This document shows positions 8,515-17,347 of a stretch of DNA of 64,000 bases, one piece after another. Numbering within the stretch: position 1 is the stretch's first letter; each line of letters starts with the position of its first letter. The notes beneath the pieces were generated by a model. The model saw only the letters and a program-made list of their open reading frames with translations. It made no database searches and was not told the DNA's origin. The position numbers were made by a program, and so were the translations under genes. Source of the DNA: an uncultured Anaerolineaceae bacterium (GTDB taxonomy: Bacteria; Chloroflexota; Limnocylindria; Limnocylindrales; CSP1-4); contig CAZSWK010000002.1 in NCBI GenBank assembly GCA_964610835.1, positions 1,972 through 65,971 on the forward strand, in the 5' to 3' direction.

Positions 8515-9567
8515 CTAGCTGGCTGCTCCTGTGGCGCTGGCGGTGGATTGATCTTCTGAAGTGGGTGAGAGGAAGTCGGGCAGCGCGAGGCCGCCAGCCG
8601 CGGCGGACTCGTCGAGAGCAGCCGCCTGGGTATCCGAAGCGATGCGCCTGATAAGCCCGGTCAGCACCTTGCCCGGCCCGACCTCGGCGAAGGCGTCAAC
8701 TCCGGCGCCGGTCATGTGTTCAACCGCCGCGACCCAGTCCACACCGCGGGTCAGGTGCTCGACTAGCTCGGCGCGGCACTCCTCCGCGCTCGTCAGCAGG
8801 CGTGCGTCGGCGTTCGCCAGCAGCGGCGTCGCCGGATCGGCGAAGCTGACGTCGGCGAGCACCTTGCGCATGGCGTCGGCAGCGCGCGCCATCAGCGGCG
8901 AGTGGGCGGCCACGCTGACCGGCAGCACGATGGCACGCCGGGCGCCCAGCTCGCGCGCCGCGGCGACCGCCGCATCGACGGCTACGCGCGTGCCACTGAC
9001 CACGATCTGGCCGGGCGAGTTGCGATTGGCCAGGGTGAATTCACCGGCAGCCTGACCAGCGGCCAGCAGGTCGGGGATGCGCGCCTCGTCGAGGCCGATG
9101 ACCGCGGCCATCGCACCCTCCCTGGCCGATGCCTGCATCTGCCGGCCGCGCTCGCGAACCAGGCGCAGCCCATCCTCGAGGCTGATGACGCCCGCAGCGA
9201 CCATCGCGCTGTACTGGCCCATCGAATGACCGGCCATGAATGCCGGCCGTGGCGCTCCGCCGAGTCGCTCCTCGAGTGCCCGAAGCATGGCAATCGACAC
9301 CGCGAGGATGGCCGGCTGGGCATTGACGGTCTGGTCGAGCTCGTCGGCCGGGCCGTTGAAGCACAGCTCTGACAGTGGCTCGCCGAGCGCCTCGTCGGCC
9401 GCGCGGAATACCTCGCCGGCGGGCTCCGACGCGTAGGCGAGCGACTGGCCCATGCCTGCGTACTGGGAGCCCTGGCCGGGGAAGACGAGCGCGAACTGGT
9501 GCACGACTTCGCACGGTAGCAGCGTGCCGACGGCCAGCCGACCAATTACGTGCACTTCTGCACGCAT
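8515..9567 (-). CDS. fabD: malonyl CoA-ACP transacylase
   Basis: FPGQGSQYAGMG, GHSMGQYSA (active-site Ser) and VSVAAHSPLM are present. The true start may be GTG at about 9504 (VVHQFALVFPGQG), because the ATG at 9567 lies only 17 bp from the divergent MarR start. Confidence 0.85.
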   Translation of the reverse strand: MRAEVHVIGRLAVGTLLPCEVVHQFALVFPGQGSQYAGMGQSLAYASEPAGEVFRAADEALGEPLSELCFNGPADELDQTVNAQPAILAVSIAMLRALEERLGGAPRPAFMAGHSMGQYSAMVAAGVISLEDGLRLVRERGRQMQASAREGAMAAVIGLDEARIPDLLAAGQAAGEFTLANRNSPGQIVVSGTRVAVDAAVAAARELGARRAIVLPVSVAAHSPLMARAADAMRKVLADVSFADPATPLLANADARLLTSAEECRAELVEHLTRGVDWVAAVEHMTGAGVDAFAEVGPGKVLTGLIRRIASDTQAAALDESAAAGGLALPDFLSPTSEDQSTASATGAAS

Positions 9568-9584
9568 GCCCGGGGCAGCCTACG

Positions 9585-10124
9585 ATGGGGCACGTGACCG
9601 CGCCCGACCACCAGCCGGTGGAAGACCTCAGTCCGGCTGTCGTCGCAGCCCGCGACGAGATCCAGAATCCGCGCCAGCTTTCGGATCGGATTGCGATGGG
9701 CCGCGCGTTGTGGCGTGACCTCGTCGTGGGTTTCGCGGCGCAGCTGCAGCAGCTCGGCCTGGGTTTCGCCCAGCTTGCCGCGCTCTACGCGATGGACGGC
9801 ACTGAGACGATGACCATCGCCGACCTGGCCGAGCGGATCGGGCGCTCGCCGTCGGCCACCAGCCGGCTGATCACGACGCTCGAGCGACGCGGGCTGGCGC
9901 AGCGTCAGGAGGAGGTCGCCGACCGGCGCCAGCGGACGCTCGAGGTAACCCCGGCGGGCAAGGCCCTGCTGGCCGAGGTCGACGGTCAACGTGCCGAGCA
10001 GTTCCTGGCGGTGGTCCGCCCGCTGCCACCCAGCGAGCGCGCCCTGATCGCGATGGGCGTGGCCGCCCTGTCGAGCCACGCCATTACCCGTCGCGGCCGG
10101 TTGATCAAGGCGCGCCAGCTGTAG
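9585..10124 (+). CDS. MarR-family transcriptional regulator, divergent from fabD-fabF
   Basis: Internal ATG of track ORF 9375..10124. A winged-HTH MarR core (LGLGFAQLAALYAM...MTIADLAERIGRSPSATSRLITTLERRGLAQRQ...DRRQRTLEVTPAGK) is present. Confidence 0.8.
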   Translation: MGHVTAPDHQPVEDLSPAVVAARDEIQNPRQLSDRIAMGRALWRDLVVGFAAQLQQLGLGFAQLAALYAMDGTETMTIADLAERIGRSPSATSRLITTLERRGLAQRQEEVADRRQRTLEVTPAGKALLAEVDGQRAEQFLAVVRPLPPSERALIAMGVAALSSHAITRRGRLIKARQL

Positions 10125-10136
10125 TTCAACTGGCGG

Positions 10137-11339
10137 TCAGTGGACGCAACCGCCGGGGTCGACGGCGGTGGTGCTGGCGAGCGAAGCGGCGATGTCGGTC
10201 GCGACCGCGGTCGGCGCGAGGGCATAGCCGATATCGGGATGGTCGCGGGATTGCGAGAACGTGACGCCGCCCACGGTGCCGTCGGCCAGAACCAGCGGGC
10301 CCCCGCTATCGCCCGGCGCAACGCTGGAGCGCAACTCGATGATCTCCCGTGCGGTGATCGCGTTGCCGTATATGTCGCGCGTCAGGGCCTCGAGCGTGCG
10401 GCTGACCTGGGCGTCGATGATGCGCTCGGGGCCGCCACCGGTGAAGCCCAGCGCCGCGGCCGCGTCGCCCCGTTGCGGATCGGCCGCCGAGAAGGTCAGT
10501 GGCGGTACGTCGAGACGACGCACGTCAATTACGGCGATATCGAGCTGCGGGTCGAAGAAGACGACCTTGCCCGCGTAGCGGTTCAGTGAGCCGTCAAATG
10601 ACACCCATACCTGGGTCGCGCCGGCGACCACGTGGGCGTTGGTGGCGAAGTGGCCCGCCGACACGGCAAACCCGGTGCCGCTGATCAGCTCGCTGCAGGC
10701 GACCGTTTCGACCCGGACCGTGCTCGGTTGGGCGGCACGCGCGGCAGCCTCGGCCTGTGCCAGGCCGGGCGCGTTGAGTGGCGGCGCCGGCGGCGGCGAG
10801 GCGGCGACGAATATGTCCGGCAGGCCGGCCACCTCCAGGACGCGACCGAGCTCACCGGCGAACACCAGCGGCGAGGGCAGGCGGGTCTGGAGGGTGCGGA
10901 TGATGAGCGACTGCCGTGCCTCGGTGGCCAGCGTGGCGATCGGCAGCAGGCCGACCAGCGCACCGATCAGCCAGACCACGAACACGCCGCGGACGAAGCC
11001 GAAGACGGCCCCGGCACCCTGGTCCAGGCCACCCAGGACGCCGCGGCCGAGCCGGCGGCGGATGAGCGCCCCGACCGCGCCACCGGCCACCTGGGCGAGC
11101 ACGATGATGCCGGCCATGACCGTCACCAGCAGTACTCCGGGCAGCCAGCCGGACAGCCCGGCGGTCAGCTGCGTCGCCAGCGGCGCCAGCGCGATCATCG
11201 CCACCACGCCGAGCAAAAAGCCGACCAGCGCCAGCGCCTGGACGATGAAGCCGGATCGCCAGCCGAATACCACCGCGACGACGATGATCGTCAGCGCGAT
11301 CAGGTCCACGGCGTTGAACGGCAGGTTCACCCGTGCCAC
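10137..11339 (-). CDS. CvpA-family membrane domain fused to trypsin-like (S1) serine protease (MarP-like)
   Basis: The N-terminus has four hydrophobic helices (CvpA-like). The C-terminus carries GTGFAV...HVVAG, DIAVIDV and GDSGGPL, the His/Asp/Ser triad of a chymotrypsin fold. Confidence 0.8.
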   Translation of the reverse strand: MARVNLPFNAVDLIALTIIVVAVVFGWRSGFIVQALALVGFLLGVVAMIALAPLATQLTAGLSGWLPGVLLVTVMAGIIVLAQVAGGAVGALIRRRLGRGVLGGLDQGAGAVFGFVRGVFVVWLIGALVGLLPIATLATEARQSLIIRTLQTRLPSPLVFAGELGRVLEVAGLPDIFVAASPPPAPPLNAPGLAQAEAAARAAQPSTVRVETVACSELISGTGFAVSAGHFATNAHVVAGATQVWVSFDGSLNRYAGKVVFFDPQLDIAVIDVRRLDVPPLTFSAADPQRGDAAAALGFTGGGPERIIDAQVSRTLEALTRDIYGNAITAREIIELRSSVAPGDSGGPLVLADGTVGGVTFSQSRDHPDIGYALAPTAVATDIAASLASTTAVDPGGCVH

Positions 11340-11767
11340 CCGGCGACCGCCTCGACCGCTATCGCCAGCAGCGGCCGCTCCTCGAGGCGCTGGGCGGCGT
11401 ACTGCGGGTAGCGCTCGCGCAGCAGGGCCAGGGCGTGCGCGTGGCCTGCCGCCCCGGGCTCGAGCAACTGCGCCCGACCATCCAGGCGCAGCCAGGCCAG
11501 GTGTGCCCAGTCCTCCGCCCAGCGATCGACGAGCAGCGAAACCCGCGGGCGGGCCATGATGTCACGCACGCGGGCCAGACGGTGCGGGTCGCTCACCACC
11601 TTGGGCTTCTCGTCAATGGGCGAGTAGATCAGCAGTGTGTCCGCGTCGTGCGCGACGGCATAGGCGATCGGCACGAGACGTGGCCGTCCGTCGGGACGGA
11701 TCGTTGCCAGGACCGCGCGCCGCGTGGAACGCAGCAGCTCGGCCTGCCAATCGGTGAGCTGCGCCAC
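11327..11767 (-). CDS. PPOX-class (pyridoxamine 5'-phosphate oxidase-like) probable F420-dependent enzyme
   Basis: 146 aa with a split-barrel FMN/F420-binding fold pattern (RRAVLATIRPDGRPRLVPIAY...). It overlaps the downstream gene by 13 bp. Confidence 0.65.
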   Translation of the reverse strand: MAQLTDWQAELLRSTRRAVLATIRPDGRPRLVPIAYAVAHDADTLLIYSPIDEKPKVVSDPHRLARVRDIMARPRVSLLVDRWAEDWAHLAWLRLDGRAQLLEPGAAGHAHALALLRERYPQYAAQRLEERPLLAIAVEAVAGWHG

Positions 11768-11770
11768 GCA

Positions 11771-12274
11771 TCAGTGCTCGGTGATCGTGACGCTCGTGAT
11801 GCTCGTCGGCTGGTGAGGCCGGTCGTTGGCACCGGTGGGCGCCGTGGCAATTGCGTCGAGCACTTCGGTGCCCGCCGTGAGCCGGCCGAAGATCGTGTAG
11901 TTGGGCGGCAGTCCGTAGTCGGCATGCATGATGAAGAACTGGCTGCCGTTCGTGTTGGGTCCGGCGTTGGCCATGGCCAGGATGCCACGTGAGTAGCTGC
12001 GCTGGACGGGCTCGTCGTCGAAGCGGTACCCGGGGCCGCCCCGGCCGGTGCCGGTGGGATCGCCGCCCTGGATCATGAAACCGGGGATGACGCGGTGGAA
12101 GATGACGCCGTCGTAGAAACCGTCGCGCGCCAGGAAGACGAAGTTGTTGACGGTCTTGGGCGCGTCGCCGGGCAGCAATTCGGCGGTCATCTGACCCGCG
12201 CTGGTGTTGATCGTCGCCTCATAGCTGCGGGCGGGATCGATGGACATCGGCGGGGGCGCGGGGTAGGACTTCAT
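11771..12274 (-). CDS. peptidyl-prolyl cis-trans isomerase, cyclophilin type
   Basis: FHRVIPGFMIQGGDP, GPNTNGSQFFI and TIFGRL are canonical cyclophilin motifs. Confidence 0.85.
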   Translation of the reverse strand: MKSYPAPPPMSIDPARSYEATINTSAGQMTAELLPGDAPKTVNNFVFLARDGFYDGVIFHRVIPGFMIQGGDPTGTGRGGPGYRFDDEPVQRSYSRGILAMANAGPNTNGSQFFIMHADYGLPPNYTIFGRLTAGTEVLDAIATAPTGANDRPHQPTSITSVTITEH

Positions 12275-12348
12275 CTTCAGCTCCTGCGGCGGACGGTTTT
12301 CGGGAGCCTAGCGCAGCAAGATGAGAACCGACTCAGAAGCCGCGGCTC

Positions 12349-13314
12349 TCACGCGTCGGGCAGCTCGAACCAGCCCTCGGCGATACCGACGACGCGCCCG
12401 CTGACGCGCGCCGCCACAGGCCTGCCCGCGGCGTCGAAATCGGCCTCTGCCACAAGCCGCGACGGGCGGCCCATCTCCACGCCCTGCTCAATCACCGTGC
12501 GCTCGGTTGCGTCGCGACGGCGCGCCAGAAGGCCCAGCTGGACGGAGATGGGCGCGGCGGCCGAGCCGGTGGCAGGGTCCTCGACGATGCCTGTTCGCGG
12601 ATCGCACAGGACGCGTGCGTGGGCATCCGCGTCGTGCACCGCGGCCACGTGTCCCGGCGCGACGAGGGCGACGGTGTCGACACCGTACTGGCGCACGAGG
12701 TCGGCCAGGGTCAGCGCCACGCGCGCGTCGAGCGTAGCCAGCGTGGCGAGCCGCGAGATGGGCGCGACCAGCGTGGGCAGGCCGCACGAGACCACGGCCG
12801 GCAGCGCCGGGTCCGCCGCGGCCGGCCAGCCAAGGGCGCTCGGCGCGAGCTCGAGCACGGCGGCCAGCTCGTCCGCCTCATCGGGCGTCAGTTCTCGGAG
12901 TATCCGCGGCGGCGGTGTGGTCAGCGTGATCTCGTCGACGGTGCCTCCGGACAGGGAGAGTGCCAGTGGCAGGACGCCGACGCCGACCTCCTGGCGCACC
13001 GTCACGGTGCCGCCGGCCAGTTCGAAGCGGCCGAGTTCGGCCAGCACCCAGGCCGTGCCCAGCGACGGGTGCCCGGCAAAGGGCAGCTCCTCGCCAGGCG
13101 TGAAGATGCGTACGCGATAGTCGGCGCCGGCCTGTCTACCCGCCTCGCTCGGGTCCAGCACGAAGGTCGTCTCGGACAGATTCGTCTCGCGCGCGAGAGC
13201 CTGCATCTCCGCGTCGCTCAATCCGGCCGCGTCGGGAAACACGGCGAGCGGGTTGCCGGCCAGTGCGCGGTCGGTGAAGACGTCGACCTGTCGGAAGCGG
13301 TAGCGGCGTGCCAT
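12349..13314 (-). CDS. PhzF-family isomerase-like protein
   Basis: 321 aa (FRQVDVFTDRALAGNPLAVF...SETTFV... second half repeats the fold) typical of the PhzF/YHI9 family. Confidence 0.75.
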   Translation of the reverse strand: MARRYRFRQVDVFTDRALAGNPLAVFPDAAGLSDAEMQALARETNLSETTFVLDPSEAGRQAGADYRVRIFTPGEELPFAGHPSLGTAWVLAELGRFELAGGTVTVRQEVGVGVLPLALSLSGGTVDEITLTTPPPRILRELTPDEADELAAVLELAPSALGWPAAADPALPAVVSCGLPTLVAPISRLATLATLDARVALTLADLVRQYGVDTVALVAPGHVAAVHDADAHARVLCDPRTGIVEDPATGSAAAPISVQLGLLARRRDATERTVIEQGVEMGRPSRLVAEADFDAAGRPVAARVSGRVVGIAEGWFELPDA

Positions 13315-13384
13315 GTTGCCCGAAGGCTAGCGCCATCGTTCGGACACGGGGCGCCGACCGGCCGGACGTACAATCACGGTCGGT

Positions 13385-14821
13385 ATGGCCGTCGCTATCA
13401 AGCCGCATCCCATCTACGTTGCCGGCCAGTGGGTCGAGTCCCCCGAGGTGCTGAACATTGGCAACCCGGCCGGCGGCGAACCCGCAGGGGCTACCTACAA
13501 CGCCACGGCCGAGCAGTACGAGGAGGCCGTCGCGGCCGCGGTCAGTGCCTTCGAGGAGACGCGCCGGCTGCCGGCGTACGAGCGTGCTGCGGCGTTGCGC
13601 CATATCAGCGCCGGCATCGCGCAACGGCGTGAAGAGCTGGGCCGGCTGATAACGCTCGAGTCCGGCAAGCCCATCCGCGAGGCACTGGTGGAGGTCGATC
13701 GCGCCGTGCTGACATTCCGCTTGGGCGCGGAAGAGGCCGAGCGCATCCACGGTGAGCTAATCCCGCTCGACCTGATGGCCTCGTCCCGGGGACGGGTCGC
13801 AGTCACCCGGCGCTTTCCGCTCGGCCCGGTAGCGGCCATCAGCCCGTTCAACTTCCCGCTAAACCTGGCCGCGCACAAGGTCGCACCGGCGATCGCGGCA
13901 GGCGACCCGGTCGTCCTCAAGCCGCCCTCCAAGGATCCCCTCACGATGCTCACGGTGGCTGAGATCATCGATGGCGCCGGCCTGCCCAAGGGAGCCGTCA
14001 GCATCCTGCCCATGAGCCGTGCGCTCGGTGATCGCATGGTCGCCGACGAGCGCTTCAAGCTGCTTACCTTCACTGGCTCGCCGGCGGTTGGCTGGCGGAT
14101 GAAGGAGCGTGCCGGCAAGAAACGCGTGGTCCTGGAGCTCGGTGGCAATGCTGGCGTGATCGTCGACCAGTCGGCGGACCTTGAATGGGCGGTGAAGCGG
14201 ACACTGGCCGGCGGCTTCGCCTACGCCGGCCAAGTATGCGTGAGCGTGCAGCGCGTATTCGTCCAGCGCGGCATCTACGAGGTGTTCCTCGACCGCTTCA
14301 TCGCGGGCGCCCGTGACCTGCGGGTGGGCGATCCGCTCGATCCGGCCACCCAACTCGGACCAATGGTCGATGAGCAGTCCGCCATGCGCACCGAGAGCTG
14401 GGTCAGGGAGGCCGAGCAGCTGGGGGGCAAGGTTCTGTTGGGCGGCCGCGCTCAGGGCAGTTTGTTTCCGCCCACGGTCCTGGTCGACACGCCGATGACG
14501 GCACAAGTGTGCTCCAACGAAGCCTTTGCGCCGCTCGTAGTCGTCTTCCCGTTCGACGATTTTAGTGACGCGCTGGCGATGGTCAACGACAGCTTCTACG
14601 GCCTACAGGCAGGCGTCTTCACCAACGACCTCATCCACAGCTGGCAGGCGTTCAACGAGCTCCAGGTCGGTGGAGTGATCATCAACGACGTGCCCATCTA
14701 CCGCATCGATCACATGCCCTTCGGCGGAGCCAAGGACTCGGGCCTCGGCCGTGAAGGGCTGCGCTGGTCGGTCGAGGACATGACCGAGCTGCGCCTGATG
14801 GTCGTCGCCCAGCCGGCCTGA
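13385..14821 (+). CDS. NAD(P)-dependent aldehyde dehydrogenase
   Basis: 478 aa with FTGS..G (glycine motif), catalytic Cys region (GQVCVSVQR) and ELGGNA (Glu). Confidence 0.85.
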   Translation: MAVAIKPHPIYVAGQWVESPEVLNIGNPAGGEPAGATYNATAEQYEEAVAAAVSAFEETRRLPAYERAAALRHISAGIAQRREELGRLITLESGKPIREALVEVDRAVLTFRLGAEEAERIHGELIPLDLMASSRGRVAVTRRFPLGPVAAISPFNFPLNLAAHKVAPAIAAGDPVVLKPPSKDPLTMLTVAEIIDGAGLPKGAVSILPMSRALGDRMVADERFKLLTFTGSPAVGWRMKERAGKKRVVLELGGNAGVIVDQSADLEWAVKRTLAGGFAYAGQVCVSVQRVFVQRGIYEVFLDRFIAGARDLRVGDPLDPATQLGPMVDEQSAMRTESWVREAEQLGGKVLLGGRAQGSLFPPTVLVDTPMTAQVCSNEAFAPLVVVFPFDDFSDALAMVNDSFYGLQAGVFTNDLIHSWQAFNELQVGGVIINDVPIYRIDHMPFGGAKDSGLGREGLRWSVEDMTELRLMVVAQPA

Positions 14822-14859
14822 CTCCGCCTGCGCTCTCCACGCGGCTAGACTCAGGCGCG

Positions 14860-15786
14860 ATGCCGCGACCCTTCAAGATCGGAGTCCAGCTCCCGGAAGT
14901 CGAACGCGCCGTGCGCTGGCCCGAACAGCTCGCCATCGGCCAGATGGCCGAGCAGGTGGGCTTCGACTCGATCTGGCTGGGCGATCACCTGCTCTACCGT
15001 CGGGCGGACGGCGTCGTTGGCCCGTGGGAGGCGTGGACCTCACTGGCGGCGCTGGCGCAGGCGACCAGCCGCGTCGAGATCGGGCCGCTGGTGGCTTGTA
15101 CAGCGTTCCATGACCCGCCGATGCTGGCCAAGATGGCCGCGACCGTCGACGAGATCAGCGGCGGCCGCCTGATCCTGGGCCTGGGCGCGGGCTGGAACGA
15201 GCCGGAGTTCACTGCCTACGGCATTCCCTTCAGCGATCGCGCGAGCCGGTTCGAAGAGGCCTTCACGATCATTCGCCGCCTGCTGCGCGACGGCCACGCC
15301 GACTTCGATGGGCGTTTCTACCAGGTGCGCGACTGCGAGCTGGTGCCGCGCGGCCCGCGCCCCGACGGGCCGCCACTGATGCTCGGCTCAATCGGCCCGC
15401 GGCTGCTGAAGTTCACGGCGCCGGTCATCGACTCCTGGAACGCCTGGTACGCGTGGTTCGGCAACTCCCCGGCCGGCCTCGCGCCACTTCTGGAAAAGGT
15501 TGACACGGCATGCCGTGCGGCCGGCCGCGACCCGGCGGAGGTCGAACGGACGGTCACCTTGCTGGTGCACATGCCCGGCGGGCGGGGCCGCCTGTCGGGT
15601 GAGGGGCAACAGGCGGACGATCGTGCCCTGCGTGGAGCACCGGACGAGATCGCGGCCGCCATCGCTGCATACGCGCCGCTGGGCATCGGCCACGTCCAGC
15701 TCGTGCTCGACCCCATCACCGTCGAATCGGTCGCCGCCTGTGCGCCGATCCTCGAGGCCCTGGACAGGACGGCTGACCGCAGCTGA
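14860..15786 (+). CDS. LLM-class F420-dependent oxidoreductase (luciferase-like monooxygenase family)
   Basis: 308 aa with FDSIWLGDHL and GLGAGW motifs of LLM flavin/F420 oxidoreductases. Confidence 0.8.
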   Translation: MPRPFKIGVQLPEVERAVRWPEQLAIGQMAEQVGFDSIWLGDHLLYRRADGVVGPWEAWTSLAALAQATSRVEIGPLVACTAFHDPPMLAKMAATVDEISGGRLILGLGAGWNEPEFTAYGIPFSDRASRFEEAFTIIRRLLRDGHADFDGRFYQVRDCELVPRGPRPDGPPLMLGSIGPRLLKFTAPVIDSWNAWYAWFGNSPAGLAPLLEKVDTACRAAGRDPAEVERTVTLLVHMPGGRGRLSGEGQQADDRALRGAPDEIAAAIAAYAPLGIGHVQLVLDPITVESVAACAPILEALDRTADRS

Positions 15787-16619
15787 TGGCGCCCGAGGCC
15801 GTCGCGGCGGCACTGCCCTACGTCAATTGGATGGTCCTCGTCGCGGTCGCGGTGGGCAGCTTCGCGCTCATCGCCCTGATCCACGAAAGGACCGATGCCA
15901 CCCGTGGCTACATCGCGTTCAGCGCCTTCATCGCCGGGGTGATCGGTCTGCTCGCCTTCGCCTCCGGCGGCGCCCTGCCCGTACCGTCGGGCCTGGCCAT
16001 CCATGCGGCGTCGGCAGATGTTGACCTTGGTCGCCGGCTGTCGCTGGCCGCCTTCAGCGCGCTGGCGATCCTGTACGCCATCTTCCTGCGCTTTCGTCGG
16101 ACACATCTGCTCGCGGCGGTGCTTGCCCTGGTCAGCGGCGCCGCAGCCCTGCTCTTTGCCGCCGTTGGCTGGGCGCCCACGCCGACCGACGCGGTGCCAC
16201 TGGGCGTTCAGCTGTTCATACTCTCGGCCGTCAGCGGCGGCGCGCTGGCCGCGCTGACACTGGGCCACTGGTACCTCGTGACGCCCAAGCTGTCGACCAC
16301 GCCGCTGGTGCTCGAAACACGTCTGCTGCTTGCCGCCGCGATTCTTCAGACGCTGTTGTTCGTGACCTGGACGACGCTCGGCGGTGGCGTTGACCAGGCT
16401 GCCTTCGCGGCACTGACCGGTTCGTCGGCGCCGCTCGTCTGGATGCGCCTGATCGTGACCCTGATCTTCCCGCTGATACTCATCTACATGGCCCTGCGCA
16501 CGGCCCAGACGCGGTCGATGGAATCGGCCACGGGATTGCTGTACATCAACCTGGCCGCGGTCGCGGCGGGCACCATCGGCGCGGCCGCGCTGTACGTCAC
16601 CGGCGGGCTGCTGGTATGA
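15786..16619 (+). CDS. integral membrane protein, hypothetical
   Basis: 277 aa with about 7 hydrophobic helices. It overlaps the neighbouring genes at both ends (coupled operon). Confidence 0.5.
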   Translation: MAPEAVAAALPYVNWMVLVAVAVGSFALIALIHERTDATRGYIAFSAFIAGVIGLLAFASGGALPVPSGLAIHAASADVDLGRRLSLAAFSALAILYAIFLRFRRTHLLAAVLALVSGAAALLFAAVGWAPTPTDAVPLGVQLFILSAVSGGALAALTLGHWYLVTPKLSTTPLVLETRLLLAAAILQTLLFVTWTTLGGGVDQAAFAALTGSSAPLVWMRLIVTLIFPLILIYMALRTAQTRSMESATGLLYINLAAVAAGTIGAAALYVTGGLLV

Positions 16620-17347
16620 ACGTCACCGTGCGCCTGTTCGCGATCCTGCGCCAGCAGGCCGGCTGGCAGGTCCGCCAGCTCGATCTGCCGGGCGCAGCCA
16701 CGGTCGAGGACGCCTGGCAGGCGCTCGTCGCGCAGCAGCCCGCCCTGGCGCCGACGCGCTCGATCGTTCGCTTCGCCGTCAACCGGCACTACGCGGCCGC
16801 AGACCAGGCGCTGGCCGACGGCGACGAGCTGGCGCTCATTCCACCGGTTTCGGGTGGTGCCGACCACCAGCCGCGGCTGTGGCTCACAGCCGATCCGATC
16901 TCCGACGACCTGCTCGGCGAGCTGCGGCGGACGTTGCCCACGGCACGCGACGGGGCATTCGTGATCTTCGTCGGCCAGACGCGCGAGACTCCCGGCACGC
17001 CGGCGCCCGGCGAGGAAGCCGAGGCCGCGCGGCATGCGGGCAAGCCCGTTGAGGAACTCGACTACGAGGCATACGAGGAGATGGCGCTCGACGTCCTGCG
17101 CCGGATCGCGGGCGAGATCGAGCAGCACTTCGGTGTCGAGCGGCTGGCCATCGTGCATCGCACCGGCAGCGTGCCGCTCGGCGAACCGAGCGTGGTGGTG
17201 GCGGCCGCCGCGCCCCACCGATCGGCCGCGTTCGAGGCCGCGCGCTACGCGATCGACGAGCTCAAGACGCGGGCACCCATCTGGAAGTCGGAGCAATACC
17301 GCGACGGGTCGGTCTGGGTCGGGTCGCCGGCGCGGGGAGGTGAGTGA
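16616..17347 (+). CDS. fused molybdopterin synthase MoaD-MoaE (MoaX-like)
   Basis: N-terminus MNVTVRLFAILRQQAG...ELALIPPVSGG is a MoaD/ThiS beta-grasp ending in GG. The C-terminal 150 aa are MoaE (FVGQTRE..., LAIVHRTGSVPLGEPSVVVAAAAPHR). Confidence 0.8.
   Translation: MNVTVRLFAILRQQAGWQVRQLDLPGAATVEDAWQALVAQQPALAPTRSIVRFAVNRHYAAADQALADGDELALIPPVSGGADHQPRLWLTADPISDDLLGELRRTLPTARDGAFVIFVGQTRETPGTPAPGEEAEAARHAGKPVEELDYEAYEEMALDVLRRIAGEIEQHFGVERLAIVHRTGSVPLGEPSVVVAAAAPHRSAAFEAARYAIDELKTRAPIWKSEQYRDGSVWVGSPARGGE

Noticed and set aside
6998-8518. 506-aa plus-strand ORF overlapping fabF
   Set aside because: Antisense to a clearly conserved KAS II gene, with an Arg/Ala/Gly-rich translation and no motifs.
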